Part shown: in pieces, positions 37,401-47,676 of the stretch
Layout of the letters: the number at the start of each line of letters is the position of its first letter
Numbering within the stretch: the first letter of the stretch is position 1
Sequence record: MW812339.1
Direction: 5' to 3' (one strand)
Length of the DNA: 64,000 nt
Notes under the pieces: model-generated
The model's input: only the letters and a program-made list of their open reading frames with translations
Told to the model about the DNA's origin: nothing
Database searches by the model: none
Program-made: the position numbers and the translations under genes

Positions 37401-38169
37401 AGAATCGATTATGGCAGGCTGGCACGACGACACGAACTTCTTCAACCGTCTTTCTATTATCCTGAACCGCGGCTATAACATCACTGACACAAACGGTGAT
37501 TTCTGTTATGCCGGTTTTGCGTTGAACTACGGTCGCGGACGTAACGTGGTGATTGGTTTTACCGGAACGAAACTGCCTGTGGGTGGTGGCGCTGCCTGGT
37601 CTGCCCTGAATCCACGCGTGTACTGGTATCAATCGCGCAATGCGACAGGCATCACCATTACTGGTTACCTGATCCTTGGCGGCCTGTATTACGACTTCAC
37701 GTTAACCCTCAGCACAACAGAAATGACCTTAAAGGTCACGACGCGCGCGACCGGTGACGTACAGACGGTTGATTTGTCGAGTCGTATCCGTCCGGACTAC
37801 ATCGATATTCGTCCGCTCATCAACAATCCAGAGTTGCCTATTTATCATGGCTTCGGTGGGATGTTTGGCGACGTGACAACGGTGGCTCCGACGTATAGCC
37901 GCGATGCCAGCATGGTCAAGAATAGGTATTACGCCACGTTCTTAGATTACATGATTAACTACTCCGCTCTCAACCGCGTTCGGTTTGCAGAGTACAATTG
38001 GGTGGGTGGTTCTGTCACCCCTGAATCGTTGGCTGACTCTATTGTCAATGCCATCGGTTCAGAAGGTGCTTTGGTCGACCCAAACAAAGTACCGCTGTAT
38101 GCCAACGCCGACAACGTGATTGCGTTCAATCGCGGAGGCATTGCTCGCGCGGTGATTATTCGCGATTAA
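34453..38169 (+). CDS. Large tail-fibre-like virion protein 1
   Basis: About 1240 aa; start after AAGGAG; DNPH, KTSYGLDQVQDIPDTQLLIS, GHSH motifs shared with neighbours. Confidence 0.75.
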   Translation: MAVVPDPHFNQPGNKQTGEAVTPIGTKYRMLFPVHAPFFTTSLVVKSGGKTLKLGDDYVITHPYMVGMSRTGYLTHGAVWITNDKYTNNFTMDYHAVGIAEATASQIAAEREANKDKYPTAIECQWDAVVGDVYFPPVDIQFDWENWRGELELMQAIAAIGTKIGQLPPIPDPYIGNRFAPAFPADIMMSGSRQYVNYDNQGGYVAKNNGQAIVYLSSNDYLLFNFKVDTEYNLSSYASNVNAKQFWSMPLGYLGTSSGVQNVGISWDSTSLVMRFAITIAGVEYPVASFPAPKSFMAKFRVRFDRNYDLDTLRCVVTGADGSTKIDTVFDFRNPPSNLVAIFAQYNVLKAVHRGVDFRNSWYVVRGDTWKHNVFPGMAVPDGSDVLTLLKHYHSIVDALYRNAPAHAHIPRVDNPHRDIWGAIRALEQGGIASDATLVYGKNQSQLADYVNTQLPKLADLANKLLRMPAAPQAINGTFGTKPGLTSVTSAVGTDESNGVGAQFTVDAKVIRFLGRDSTTVNAGNNAITFQSGANQLILYPDSRGLLFNGKKLLDPTTVAPYLPGNEGGGDGLFYGTSTATVTINGNGIQSVPFICQFVPPTSDDLGLLVMRKLATDFGTAEDLAATPALIAKLDAMFTGKLVKAKSYVNDLPLTGSIYLDKTSYGLDQVQDIPDTQLLISTLQQAELDKYAVVGHSHQASAFGIDTATDVQFGLVKYSLAVDDATLALDGGEVIRQTTSVTEIEGVAKSLDSGAAIDIIRFGPPGTGTIEGGATFTGWMLTIKAGTYFVGQEYTVPLTTINLTEAFPGAYEDVEMGIYVDVQDNAAVYRIFANKDTAETDTMTAVGIVGTSEDEIVMAEVHSVTRLGDFRELEEHIADDNAHIKRTMTQAEFGFTYGTGGPVWRSGIMDNTRGEGDWRGALADGYYPMGAVQYDDANGRWTFRPNGTSVNDYRFIHNLFPMYLNQGVTANWLSSDTGNASMLESIMAGWHDDTNFFNRLSIILNRGYNITDTNGDFCYAGFALNYGRGRNVVIGFTGTKLPVGGGAAWSALNPRVYWYQSRNATGITITGYLILGGLYYDFTLTLSTTEMTLKVTTRATGDVQTVDLSSRIRPDYIDIRPLINNPELPIYHGFGGMFGDVTTVAPTYSRDASMVKNRYYATFLDYMINYSALNRVRFAEYNWVGGSVTPESLADSIVNAIGSEGALVDPNKVPLYANADNVIAFNRGGIARAVIIRD

Positions 38170-38181
38170 GGAGAACTCTGA

Positions 38182-41100
38182 ATGAAAACGTATCCTTACG
38201 ATCCTCGGGGCATTAACCCTGAGTGTCATTTCACTGAGGAACGTATCATCGAGTCCGACGACCCTAAAGACCGGGTGGTGATGCTTGACCATCGCCCGTT
38301 CTTTGACAGTCTAGTGGTTACTCTGGCTGGTTCTTCTATTCCACTAACCCGTGGGACAGACTACGAGCTGGAGTACGCCCTGACGCCGTTGGACGATTCG
38401 GTGGCTTCCGCAGTGTTTTGTGGGGTACACCTGATTAACCCCAAACTGCGTGGCGCAGTCATCTTTGATGGGCAAATGCTTGGGGGTACGTTCTACGATG
38501 GGTTGATTGAGATGCTCGACGAGTTAGTCAAAGCGCTTAACAACCCAACCAGTGCCGACTGGCTTCTGCTGGATAATCGTCCTGCGTTGTACCCGGCGAC
38601 ACCGTCGGCAACGTCCTGGGCGGATATGCTGAACAAGAAGTATATCGCTTCTGCTGTGCACGATGTAGAGCTGGATTCGGATGCTGCGAACGATGCTATC
38701 CGAGAGAAGTTAACTGAGCTGAAAGTTCAGGTGACGAGTTTGGCCACCGAGATGGATGCCTTTAACTTCCCAGCCCACACCGGGGCAAAGAATCCACACA
38801 ACACGACGGTTGCGCAGACTAACGCGCATCCAGTGAATTTGAAAACGCCGGATACGTTCTTGGCGTATGGGAAGAACTTGCGTCAGCTGACCAGTGAGAT
38901 TCGTGCGCTGGGTTTACAACAGTCCGACATCGACAAGTACATCTCGAAGTGGGTATCGAAAGATTCGAAGGGGGTGTTCAACGCGACCATCTCCGGCACA
39001 CGTGCGATGTTCCGCTCCCCGAATGGGGAATCGGACATTACGTTTGCTACAGATTCTTTCGTCATGAAATCAAACGGGTCTATCGTACTTGCCACAGGTT
39101 ACGTCCCTGGCGATACGACCACCCGTTTCATGGAATGGAAAGCCGGAACCAACACGTTACGTATCGAGTCATCGGGTACCGTGTTGGGGATGGACAAGCT
39201 CACCTTAAACGGTACCACGTTGCTGACAACCACAGCACTGATGCAATACCAACAAGACCCGAATCAGGGTTCTGGTGGACAAACCGACCCGGATGACAAC
39301 AAACTGTACATCCAGGGGCAGAACGGCATCAGTTTCTCTGGTAAAGGTTCGAAAGCTGACCCGGTGACGGGCACAGTGACGCCATCGAAAGCAACCACAA
39401 CTACCGTGGGTGTGGTTAAGTTGAAGAAAGGACCTGGTCCAGAAACGACAGGCGTCGCATCCACCCCGGACTCACTTACGCAGTACGAAGGGGATTTGTC
39501 CAGCTATGTGTTAAAAGCCACACTGTTGAACAACAAAGCGATGGACGACGGTTCGCGGACAATGACCAAGGCCGACCTGGGTCTGGCAAACGCGAACAAC
39601 ACCGCGGATGTCGATAAACCGCTGTCTGATGATTTGTCCGAAGCGGTTACTGGTCTTAGTGCCAAAGGACACCATCACGATTGGTCGGAGTTGCAAATTC
39701 CTGATGCGTCACAGACGACTCAAGGTATTGCGCGGTACTCCAACAACCAGGCAGGCCTGGCGGCAGGGCGCGGTGTAACGCCGAATGTCCTGAAAGCGTT
39801 GTCGGATCGTCTGGATGTGGTTGCTGCTGCGCTGGCTAATGCAAAAGATGGCACGGTCACCGACTTCGCTGCTGTGAAGAACTCCAGCTGGACAGTGTCT
39901 GCTGCGAAGACGTCTTTGTCCGTTACCGACTTGAAGTATTTCTTCTTGTCAAATAACGAACGTAAGGACGGAAGCGTCAGCGGGTCTATCGATTTGCAGA
40001 CCACGCCAATGTTCCAGTGGTTCTCGCAAGATAACCGTATGGAAGACAGTTGGAATGCGGCAGTCGTCAACACCGGTGCGGGAGTTGTCTGGGATAATAT
40101 CGGTCGTCCTGCACCGTTTGCTTTCCAGGGTTCTCAAATCGGCGTTAATGCCACGCAGATGGGTGATTTGTCTGTTGTGTCTGTGCTCGCGAAGGTGCGT
40201 GTGCATTCCGTGTCGGATAAGCTCTCCATTTATGTTGCGGGTGGTGGGCGTATTACGGTATATGTCGACGGTCAACAGGTAACATCTGGTACTTCACCGT
40301 TGTTCGTTGATGTGCCGATGACGACCGGTTGGGATGAGCATTGCGTTGCGATTAAGGCAGAGTGTAACGACAGCACCAAAGCTGCTGCACTGATGTTTGA
40401 TATCTACGACGACATCTATCCTTTATACTCTTCTGGTACCCACACCAAAGTGGCGTTGCTGCAAGAGTTCGTGACCACGCCAAAGAACCTGAGACATTAC
40501 CTCTACGTAAACATGCGTACCGACGCGCTGTATTCGCGCGCAGAGCCGATTCTTGAGCCGAGCCAGATGAACGTCGAGCGTGGCTATATCGGTTACGTGG
40601 ATGTTCCTGCGACTGGTTTGACCGCGGGCGCAACGATAACGTTTGATACGACCTTTGACTTCGGCCCGGCAAAAGAAATCTCCGCACACGTCGACGTGCG
40701 TAAAGCACACGGTGTAAAGAGCAGTGACTGGAAGTTGTCGGATAACCTGAAGATGTTACCGTTGAACAAAGTCAAGGCCTCCATGCAACAGTGGGGCTTT
40801 GCTCAGGCTGGTTCGGGTGCAAGTGGTGGACACGTCTATCGTCCTGACCGTGGGTTGTCGGATTATTACTTCTCCTCGACGGGAACGACAACGATTGAAA
40901 CGCTGACGGTGTTCGGCAACAAACAGGCAAGCCCGTATTGCTGGTTTACGCCGTACAACCCGAAAGAGAATGGACAACCAACGTTTGAAGGTTCCTTTAC
41001 GATCGATGTAGAGAACCCAACACCGATGGTGGACAAGGGTCGTGTCTGGGGACTGATGTTGCTGGCTAAAGCGAATGGCACGACCGCACCACATCGTCAA

Positions 41101-42363
41101 ATTCGCATTACCAGTGACCTGAAAGTCTATTACGGCTACATCAACAACATCTCGAACACGACACCGGGCTTCACTTTTGGTGTTCCAACGCAGACGTTCA
41201 AAGAGTTGGTAGTCACACCAACTGTACTCTCTGATACGACACTTCCTACGGGCGATGCGCTGGACTTTGTGGACTTGGGTACCAACGGGAAACCGGGATT
41301 CCTGAGCACCCGTTGGGCGGTTCGCTATCGTTACAACTGCAACACTCGCGTACTGCGTCTTTCTATTATCTCCAGCAAAATCGGGACTAATACTCTACGG
41401 GCTCTGGAGGTGGAAATTCCATTCGCGATTGACCTGTTGGACTACTTCGCCGGTTTCGGTATGGCGGTCCATATGGGTGCAGTTGATGCCAACGAACGTA
41501 TCCGCGTGAGTCATGCACTGATGAACCCAGGTGGCGCTGTCGACGTTGACAAGTACCAATACCTGCGTTCGTTGTTGGAGTCGTACACTGACTGGTCAAT
41601 GGAAACCGAGCGTACTGGGTTTGAGAGTTATGTTGCGACTTCGGCATTGCCGAATGCCAGCGGCGATAATCTCGATTACCCGGTAACGGAATGGGTTGCT
41701 TTGCCGGTAGGTCAGGACGGGAATGCGGAATTATCTCACCGTGGACAGTTGCCATTACCGTTCCACTCCGCGTTAGCTGAACGTGGAACGTTGATTGCTA
41801 AGCAGTCTACGTTGCCCGCAGGCTACCAGTGGAACGGTGCGTGGGATAGCACCAAGATGAAGCGACGTTCGATTTGGCGTGATGGACTAATCCTCTGTTA
41901 TCGCCAGGATAAGAATGCCCCGATTGCCATTAAAGAAATCAGCGGCACGATTACCTCGAACTACCCAGGGTTGATTATCATCGGTTCTAACGCAGTGACG
42001 GCCAATAACCGCACCACGTTCCTGGCGGCAACGTCAGCGACGGATGCGAAGACTGTTAATCTGCAACCGACGAACCTCAAACCTGGCCAATCTGTCTTCA
42101 TCGCGTTGAATGCTCCGGATGCGATTGGGGCAACTGGGCTGAACGTTAAGTTCAATCTGGTGCTCAAAGACCATGCCGGGACAGTAGTGAAAACATTAAC
42201 CGAAGCCGACGCTGGTTGGGAATTGCGCTCTAACGGTGGTATCCATCTGATGGAGAAACGCACCCCATTCCACATCACTTCGGCGGCCTGGCAATGGCTG
42301 TCGTCTGAGTTAGTACGGGAACGTACCAATGATGGCAACGGCGTGGGTGAGTGGGCCTCTTAG
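38182..42363 (+). CDS. Large tail-fibre-like virion protein 2
   Basis: 1393 aa; YPYDPRGINP start, KNPH, KADLGLANANNTADVDKPLS, GHHH motifs. Confidence 0.8.
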   Translation: MKTYPYDPRGINPECHFTEERIIESDDPKDRVVMLDHRPFFDSLVVTLAGSSIPLTRGTDYELEYALTPLDDSVASAVFCGVHLINPKLRGAVIFDGQMLGGTFYDGLIEMLDELVKALNNPTSADWLLLDNRPALYPATPSATSWADMLNKKYIASAVHDVELDSDAANDAIREKLTELKVQVTSLATEMDAFNFPAHTGAKNPHNTTVAQTNAHPVNLKTPDTFLAYGKNLRQLTSEIRALGLQQSDIDKYISKWVSKDSKGVFNATISGTRAMFRSPNGESDITFATDSFVMKSNGSIVLATGYVPGDTTTRFMEWKAGTNTLRIESSGTVLGMDKLTLNGTTLLTTTALMQYQQDPNQGSGGQTDPDDNKLYIQGQNGISFSGKGSKADPVTGTVTPSKATTTTVGVVKLKKGPGPETTGVASTPDSLTQYEGDLSSYVLKATLLNNKAMDDGSRTMTKADLGLANANNTADVDKPLSDDLSEAVTGLSAKGHHHDWSELQIPDASQTTQGIARYSNNQAGLAAGRGVTPNVLKALSDRLDVVAAALANAKDGTVTDFAAVKNSSWTVSAAKTSLSVTDLKYFFLSNNERKDGSVSGSIDLQTTPMFQWFSQDNRMEDSWNAAVVNTGAGVVWDNIGRPAPFAFQGSQIGVNATQMGDLSVVSVLAKVRVHSVSDKLSIYVAGGGRITVYVDGQQVTSGTSPLFVDVPMTTGWDEHCVAIKAECNDSTKAAALMFDIYDDIYPLYSSGTHTKVALLQEFVTTPKNLRHYLYVNMRTDALYSRAEPILEPSQMNVERGYIGYVDVPATGLTAGATITFDTTFDFGPAKEISAHVDVRKAHGVKSSDWKLSDNLKMLPLNKVKASMQQWGFAQAGSGASGGHVYRPDRGLSDYYFSSTGTTTIETLTVFGNKQASPYCWFTPYNPKENGQPTFEGSFTIDVENPTPMVDKGRVWGLMLLAKANGTTAPHRQIRITSDLKVYYGYINNISNTTPGFTFGVPTQTFKELVVTPTVLSDTTLPTGDALDFVDLGTNGKPGFLSTRWAVRYRYNCNTRVLRLSIISSKIGTNTLRALEVEIPFAIDLLDYFAGFGMAVHMGAVDANERIRVSHALMNPGGAVDVDKYQYLRSLLESYTDWSMETERTGFESYVATSALPNASGDNLDYPVTEWVALPVGQDGNAELSHRGQLPLPFHSALAERGTLIAKQSTLPAGYQWNGAWDSTKMKRRSIWRDGLILCYRQDKNAPIAIKEISGTITSNYPGLIIIGSNAVTANNRTTFLAATSATDAKTVNLQPTNLKPGQSVFIALNAPDAIGATGLNVKFNLVLKDHAGTVVKTLTEADAGWELRSNGGIHLMEKRTPFHITSAAWQWLSSELVRERTNDGNGVGEWAS

Positions 42364-42400
42364 GACGGACTGTCTACGGACAGGTTACGTCCGTAGGTAA

Positions 42401-42441
42401 ACCGCCCTTTCCTTCGGGGGAGGGCGGTCTCCGTTTTATTT
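42401..42441 (+). terminator. Terminator-like hairpin between fibre genes 2 and 3
   Basis: ACCGCCCT...TTCG...AGGGCGGT followed by CTCCGTTTTATTT; a second hairpin CTACGGAC/GTCCGTAG lies just upstream. Confidence 0.55.
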
Positions 42442-42460
42442 CTGATTAGGAGTGTTTGCA

Positions 42461-45400
42461 ATGCCGAGAGAAGACGCGGCGCAGTTTAACGGGAAACTAA
42501 GTACCGCCACCTACCCAAACAAATACTCAACGGTGATTCCCGTTGAGGCACCCTTTTACCGTATCGGTTTAACCTTAACCGTTACTGACCCTGTAACCAA
42601 AGTTAAACGTAAGCTGATTGAGGGCCTGGATTATTTCCTCGCTTTCTACTTTAAGGAATTAGCCGAAGCCGAAGATGACCAAATCTACGGCGGGATTATG
42701 TTGCTGAATGCCACTGATATCGAGTACGAGCTGCTCGCGGTAGGTCGTCAGTATCGCATCCCGGCTTCCGAAATCGGCAAGTATTTGGTGAAGACCGACA
42801 ACAAAGACCCGCGGAACGTTGACTGGTCAGAGTTGATGAAGTACCCGCCTATCATTGCGCCTATCGATCCGCCGAAAGATTTAGAAGAAGCGATTCTGCG
42901 TGATGAAATCGTTAAAGCATTGGATGATATCCGTCAGGGTATTGTTGCGCGCGCGGGTGAACTCGATGAAGCCTTTACCGAAGTTACCAATCTTATTTTT
43001 GAGAACGGTAAGCGAGTCTTCGATGAAGAGATGTATCAGCACCACCTCATCAAAAACGCCCACAACTACACCTGTGCCGATATCGGTGCATTGCCGGTAC
43101 TGGGCAAAGCGGTAGATGCAACGAAGGCATTCGGCCGTACACTGGCTGAGCTGGTGAACCTGATGTCATCCAGCGGCATTCAACAGCAGCATATCGACAC
43201 ATTGTTGGATAATACGCTGGGCGACCTACTGGGCCGGATGCGTGTTCTGAATAATGATGCTATCACTTTCCAGACATCAGTTGGCCACGTCATCACGATG
43301 AAAGGTGAGAAGTTCATCATTACTTCTCCAAAACCACTGACCCTGAAAGCCGACCAGGATAATAATGAACCTGGCCTGGCCACGGAATTCGGTGCAGGCT
43401 TAAACACCCTGTATGTCCACTCCGGTAAGAAAGGGGACAAGTGGGGCGATTATGGGATGGAAGTTTTAGCGCCAGTGTTCAATGGCGTGTTCCTGGTAAC
43501 GCCGGATATGGTCGGGTTGTATTTGACTTCGGTGAAACTGCTTCCAGCCAACGCCTATTTCAAGTCCAGCGACACTCTGAAGATTTACGGTTCAGGGAAA
43601 GAGACCAACAAAGTCTACATGAACGCGGAGTTGCCTGGTGCGACCACCGCAGTAGAAGGTCTGCTGGCCATTACCAACCTGTCCGCATCGGTAGCATCGT
43701 CCACTGCCATTTCGCAGAAAGCAGTTACCGATTTAAAGAACCTGCTCGACAACTACGTCGACGATTCCTACACCATCAACGGAAAACGTTTCGTTGCTGA
43801 CGGTAATGGGAATATGGTTCTGACTTTAACGAAGACCGATTTTGGCATCGATAAGATGGACAATACGGCTCCGTTAGCCAAGCCGGTGACAAAGGCCCTG
43901 AGTACAGTATTAGCCGGAAAGGCCCTGAGTGACCACACGCACACCATCGGCGACCTTGATAACGTACCGTATGGCTCAACCTCTGTTACGGGCCTGGTGA
44001 AGCTCTGGGACGTCCTGGACACCACGAATGATAAACTGGCCACAGCACGCTTAGGTTTTGTGCTAGACCAGAAAATCGACGTGCTAAGCGACAAGATTAA
44101 TACGCTGTTGCCCGCATGGACAGTTGGTGGTGCTTCTTACGGTAATGATAGCTTCCTGCCGATTCCCGCACTGGGTAATTACGAAGGCTACACTAAGAAC
44201 CAGACTTACCAGAAAGGGATGGTGCGTTACCAAAATGGTAAACTCTATTCTCTGCGTAACGGTTCGAACGGCGTGCCTCCAGGCGACTGGGGTATCTACT
44301 ACGCGTATATGGACGTGGCGTCTGATGCTACGCTCAGCAATGTACAGCAGACGTCGGTACGCTATCACCCAGCGGGAATGAGTAAGTTCCCTGGCGTAAA
44401 ATTGCAGGCCATCCTTATCACCGGTCGTGATGCGATCGTGTGTTTAGGCGACGACGGTAAACGTTATCTGGTGTTGTTCAACGGCACTATTGACCACGCA
44501 AAACACACGCAGGTCTGTGAGGTCACGGTTCCCGATTATCAGAACGGTAACGGCACCGCGGTCACCACCAATCCATTCGCACCAACGCCAGAAATGGACG
44601 ATTTGGTCATCAGCGGTTCTAACGTGTATCTGCTGCGTAACACGTTCAATAACTCGTCCTACTATGTTGCGGCGTGGTCTCTGCGTATTGCGGATGTGGC
44701 GAGTAATACCGCGGTGGCTTTTAACCGGGTGACGTTGAATGGTGAAGGTGGGATGTCGGGTGATAACCTGATTATCCGTAATGGTCAAAAAACAGATGCG
44801 ACTCAGACAGGTCAGTTCTTCTCGGCTATCAATGCGGCAGGGATTGTGAAGTGGAATAACGCGCGAAACTTTGTACATGGGCCAGAAGCCTCACACATGG
44901 TGTTTGCGAAGGAAGGGGTGATTCGTGTTAACCACGTTGCGACGGTTTGGTTTGCTTCCTCAACGGGTGCAACCATTAACTTCCAACTGTGGCAAACCAG
45001 TTACCTGTTAGATACCACCACGAACAAAGTCACCCTGGAATGTCCTACCCGTTTCCCAATCACGGCTGACGACGTCAGCGTTAAATACGCCGACGGTTCG
45101 GCCATCGGGGAAGCGAGTGCGAAGTGGGGTGGTGGCTCGGCGAACCGGAGAACGTACGGTGCGGTGATGGAAGACTTCGTCATCTCGCAGACGAATAACG
45201 GTGATCCTGATCTGATGCCGGAAATCTACATCGCTTCGGCGAAAGGTGCAGACCCGTTCGACTTCTTGCGCTATGATTACAAAGTGAATAACACCTACGC
45301 AGGCATCACACTTAACCAAGGACGTGGTTCGGTCTACGAAAGTGGACTTAACTTCCCGTTGTCGTTGGGTGGGAACTCCCCGCTGTTGTGGTTGTCTAGC

Positions 45401-47629
45401 CCACGTGGGCGTTTAGCGATTGAAGTCGAAGTTGACCCGAACGGCACGTATGGCGTACCGGGCTATGGTGGTTTCGGTCCGACCAACAACCGACGCGTTG
45501 TCGATTCCGGTGTTTACGAACAACTGAGTCAGATGGCAATGATTATCACGCCTACCCAAAGCGGCGGGGTATTGAACGGTTGGCAGTCGACAGGCCCTGA
45601 AACTTTCCCGTACAAGAACGTTGCTAATACCTTCTCCATTGCGACTGACCGCTACACGCTGTCTACGACCGACTGGAACAAGATGAAGCAGATGATTATC
45701 GATAACGCGCCAACTGGTGCGGCTAACGGCTACGCGTCTGAATATATCTTGGCGGCTAACAACGCAGGTAAAGCGCTGTTCTCGCTGTGGTTCCTTGGTA
45801 TCGGTACTCCGCAGCAGCTCTGTATCGCACAGGTTGCCTGTACTAAAGTAGTGAACAACGCAAACATTCTCGATATTTATTACTTCGTGATGCAGCCAAC
45901 GTTCACCGCCACCAACGTGACGTTCCCAAGCGTGAGTCTGTTACTGCTGGATTTCTTCAATAACCTGGACTATGGTCTCGACCATGCCTCGCTTGGGGAA
46001 ATCACCGGCGGGAAAACGAAACGCGTAGGCCAACCGTTGCTCGTGACCAATGACGGTATCAACTTTGGCCTGTCCTTGCCGTACACGTTGACCATTCGTC
46101 AGATCGGTGACTTGGGTGCCTTGAACTACATGGCGTCCTTGAAGTTGTCTTCTGGTACATGGTCGAAAGTGGCGGGTAAATCCGCAGTACGTAGAATGGC
46201 ACCAGCCCACCACCCAGAAAGTCCGGTCTATATCGGTCAGACAAAACAGGTGGTTAAAGTCTTTGTGAAGGCTGATGCTGTATTCTGCTCGGGGGAAGCC
46301 TATTCGACAGCGTCGTTCGTTACAGATCCAGCAATGCCCGCAGCCGGTACTCCCGTTATCTTGGCTGGGGTTCAAACGGCAGAGGGTTGGATTCTGTATC
46401 TGACCGAACAGGTAGGTCTGGACTTCGGTTCTTCTAAGTACACGGTCCCTACGTGGGAAGCCGATTTAGAAGCCATGTTCCCAGACAATCACGCCAACCA
46501 AACTTTCTATCTCCACGCACGTGTAGACAACGACACACCGTCTTACGTCCTGGATACCACGCAGCATCCTGACTCGGCGAACGAATTGTTCGTGGGGGTT
46601 GTGAAGACTGACAGTAATCGCATCGTTGAGATTAACGTCGATCGTGTTAAGCGCCTGGGTAATGTGAAACAGGTACTGGAGCACGCCGCGGTTGCGTATC
46701 GTCACGATATGGATGTGGCGCGAGATAGCAAGCTTGGTACGCTGGCACCTCTCCGCAAAGAGGCAATCGGCGCACTTAACGGTTCTGGTGATGGTTATCT
46801 GGACAGTCAGCAAACCTATGGCGTGGTAATGGCGCAAAAGCGTCCGAAGAAAAATGTGTCCTACCGCTTTTCCGATTTGGCGAAGATGAAGTTCTCAGAT
46901 TTCTCGAACGTGGCGGAACGCTTCTGGATACAGTCCCCGAAAGTAACGACGGTGTTGCCTGCAGAACACGCGGCGGCGGCTGCTCGAAACATGTCGTGGA
47001 TTGGCGCGAATGCGGGGGGTGTGGACTCGGCTGGAGGCTATCAGGCGATGACCCGTGTACGCTTCACGGTACCGGGTACGGATGACGGGTCGACGAAGAT
47101 GGTTTATCTGGCGATTGGCGTACCGAAATCGACCATTGAGTTCATGTACAGCCTGACCACCGATGACGATTCGACGCTCACGACCTTCAGCCCGAGCGAT
47201 GATTCGTTGTTCCAGATGAGCACCGCGTTACCGTCAGGTAAACCCGCAGTGCTGACTATCCTCACTACGTTCGAAGACGCCGTGTATTCAGCGATGTTGA
47301 ATAAATTCATCACCTTCGAATTGCGTGCGGATGACCAAAACGGTGCGTTGTTGCGTAGCAGTGATGCCAACTGTCCGTTCCAGATATTCAATGTCATGGA
47401 AACGACCCTGGGCTCCGGCTTCGTGACCAGAGCGATCGAACGTTCTTTCGGGAACTCTACGTTGCTGCTGAACAAAACGGTGACCACGGGGCAGGATGCG
47501 TTCCAACCGCCTACACAGGGCCTGAAATCAGGAAGCACCTTTACCCTCACAGTCGCAACGGAATATGGCAGTGAACACGGTATCGTGGAGCTGGATGACC
47601 TGCAGGTCAATCTTATGTTCCGTACCTAA
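42461..47629 (+). CDS. Large tail-fibre-like virion protein 3
   Basis: About 1720 aa; ATG 42461 spaced from AGGAG; KNAH, KTDFGIDKMDNTAPLAKPVT, DHTH motifs. Confidence 0.8.
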   Translation: MPREDAAQFNGKLSTATYPNKYSTVIPVEAPFYRIGLTLTVTDPVTKVKRKLIEGLDYFLAFYFKELAEAEDDQIYGGIMLLNATDIEYELLAVGRQYRIPASEIGKYLVKTDNKDPRNVDWSELMKYPPIIAPIDPPKDLEEAILRDEIVKALDDIRQGIVARAGELDEAFTEVTNLIFENGKRVFDEEMYQHHLIKNAHNYTCADIGALPVLGKAVDATKAFGRTLAELVNLMSSSGIQQQHIDTLLDNTLGDLLGRMRVLNNDAITFQTSVGHVITMKGEKFIITSPKPLTLKADQDNNEPGLATEFGAGLNTLYVHSGKKGDKWGDYGMEVLAPVFNGVFLVTPDMVGLYLTSVKLLPANAYFKSSDTLKIYGSGKETNKVYMNAELPGATTAVEGLLAITNLSASVASSTAISQKAVTDLKNLLDNYVDDSYTINGKRFVADGNGNMVLTLTKTDFGIDKMDNTAPLAKPVTKALSTVLAGKALSDHTHTIGDLDNVPYGSTSVTGLVKLWDVLDTTNDKLATARLGFVLDQKIDVLSDKINTLLPAWTVGGASYGNDSFLPIPALGNYEGYTKNQTYQKGMVRYQNGKLYSLRNGSNGVPPGDWGIYYAYMDVASDATLSNVQQTSVRYHPAGMSKFPGVKLQAILITGRDAIVCLGDDGKRYLVLFNGTIDHAKHTQVCEVTVPDYQNGNGTAVTTNPFAPTPEMDDLVISGSNVYLLRNTFNNSSYYVAAWSLRIADVASNTAVAFNRVTLNGEGGMSGDNLIIRNGQKTDATQTGQFFSAINAAGIVKWNNARNFVHGPEASHMVFAKEGVIRVNHVATVWFASSTGATINFQLWQTSYLLDTTTNKVTLECPTRFPITADDVSVKYADGSAIGEASAKWGGGSANRRTYGAVMEDFVISQTNNGDPDLMPEIYIASAKGADPFDFLRYDYKVNNTYAGITLNQGRGSVYESGLNFPLSLGGNSPLLWLSSPRGRLAIEVEVDPNGTYGVPGYGGFGPTNNRRVVDSGVYEQLSQMAMIITPTQSGGVLNGWQSTGPETFPYKNVANTFSIATDRYTLSTTDWNKMKQMIIDNAPTGAANGYASEYILAANNAGKALFSLWFLGIGTPQQLCIAQVACTKVVNNANILDIYYFVMQPTFTATNVTFPSVSLLLLDFFNNLDYGLDHASLGEITGGKTKRVGQPLLVTNDGINFGLSLPYTLTIRQIGDLGALNYMASLKLSSGTWSKVAGKSAVRRMAPAHHPESPVYIGQTKQVVKVFVKADAVFCSGEAYSTASFVTDPAMPAAGTPVILAGVQTAEGWILYLTEQVGLDFGSSKYTVPTWEADLEAMFPDNHANQTFYLHARVDNDTPSYVLDTTQHPDSANELFVGVVKTDSNRIVEINVDRVKRLGNVKQVLEHAAVAYRHDMDVARDSKLGTLAPLRKEAIGALNGSGDGYLDSQQTYGVVMAQKRPKKNVSYRFSDLAKMKFSDFSNVAERFWIQSPKVTTVLPAEHAAAAARNMSWIGANAGGVDSAGGYQAMTRVRFTVPGTDDGSTKMVYLAIGVPKSTIEFMYSLTTDDDSTLTTFSPSDDSLFQMSTALPSGKPAVLTILTTFEDAVYSAMLNKFITFELRADDQNGALLRSSDANCPFQIFNVMETTLGSGFVTRAIERSFGNSTLLLNKTVTTGQDAFQPPTQGLKSGSTFTLTVATEYGSEHGIVELDDLQVNLMFRT

Positions 47630-47676
47630 CACATAGCGCTATGGGGCACGGAAGCCCCAATCTAAGGAGTTTGGCG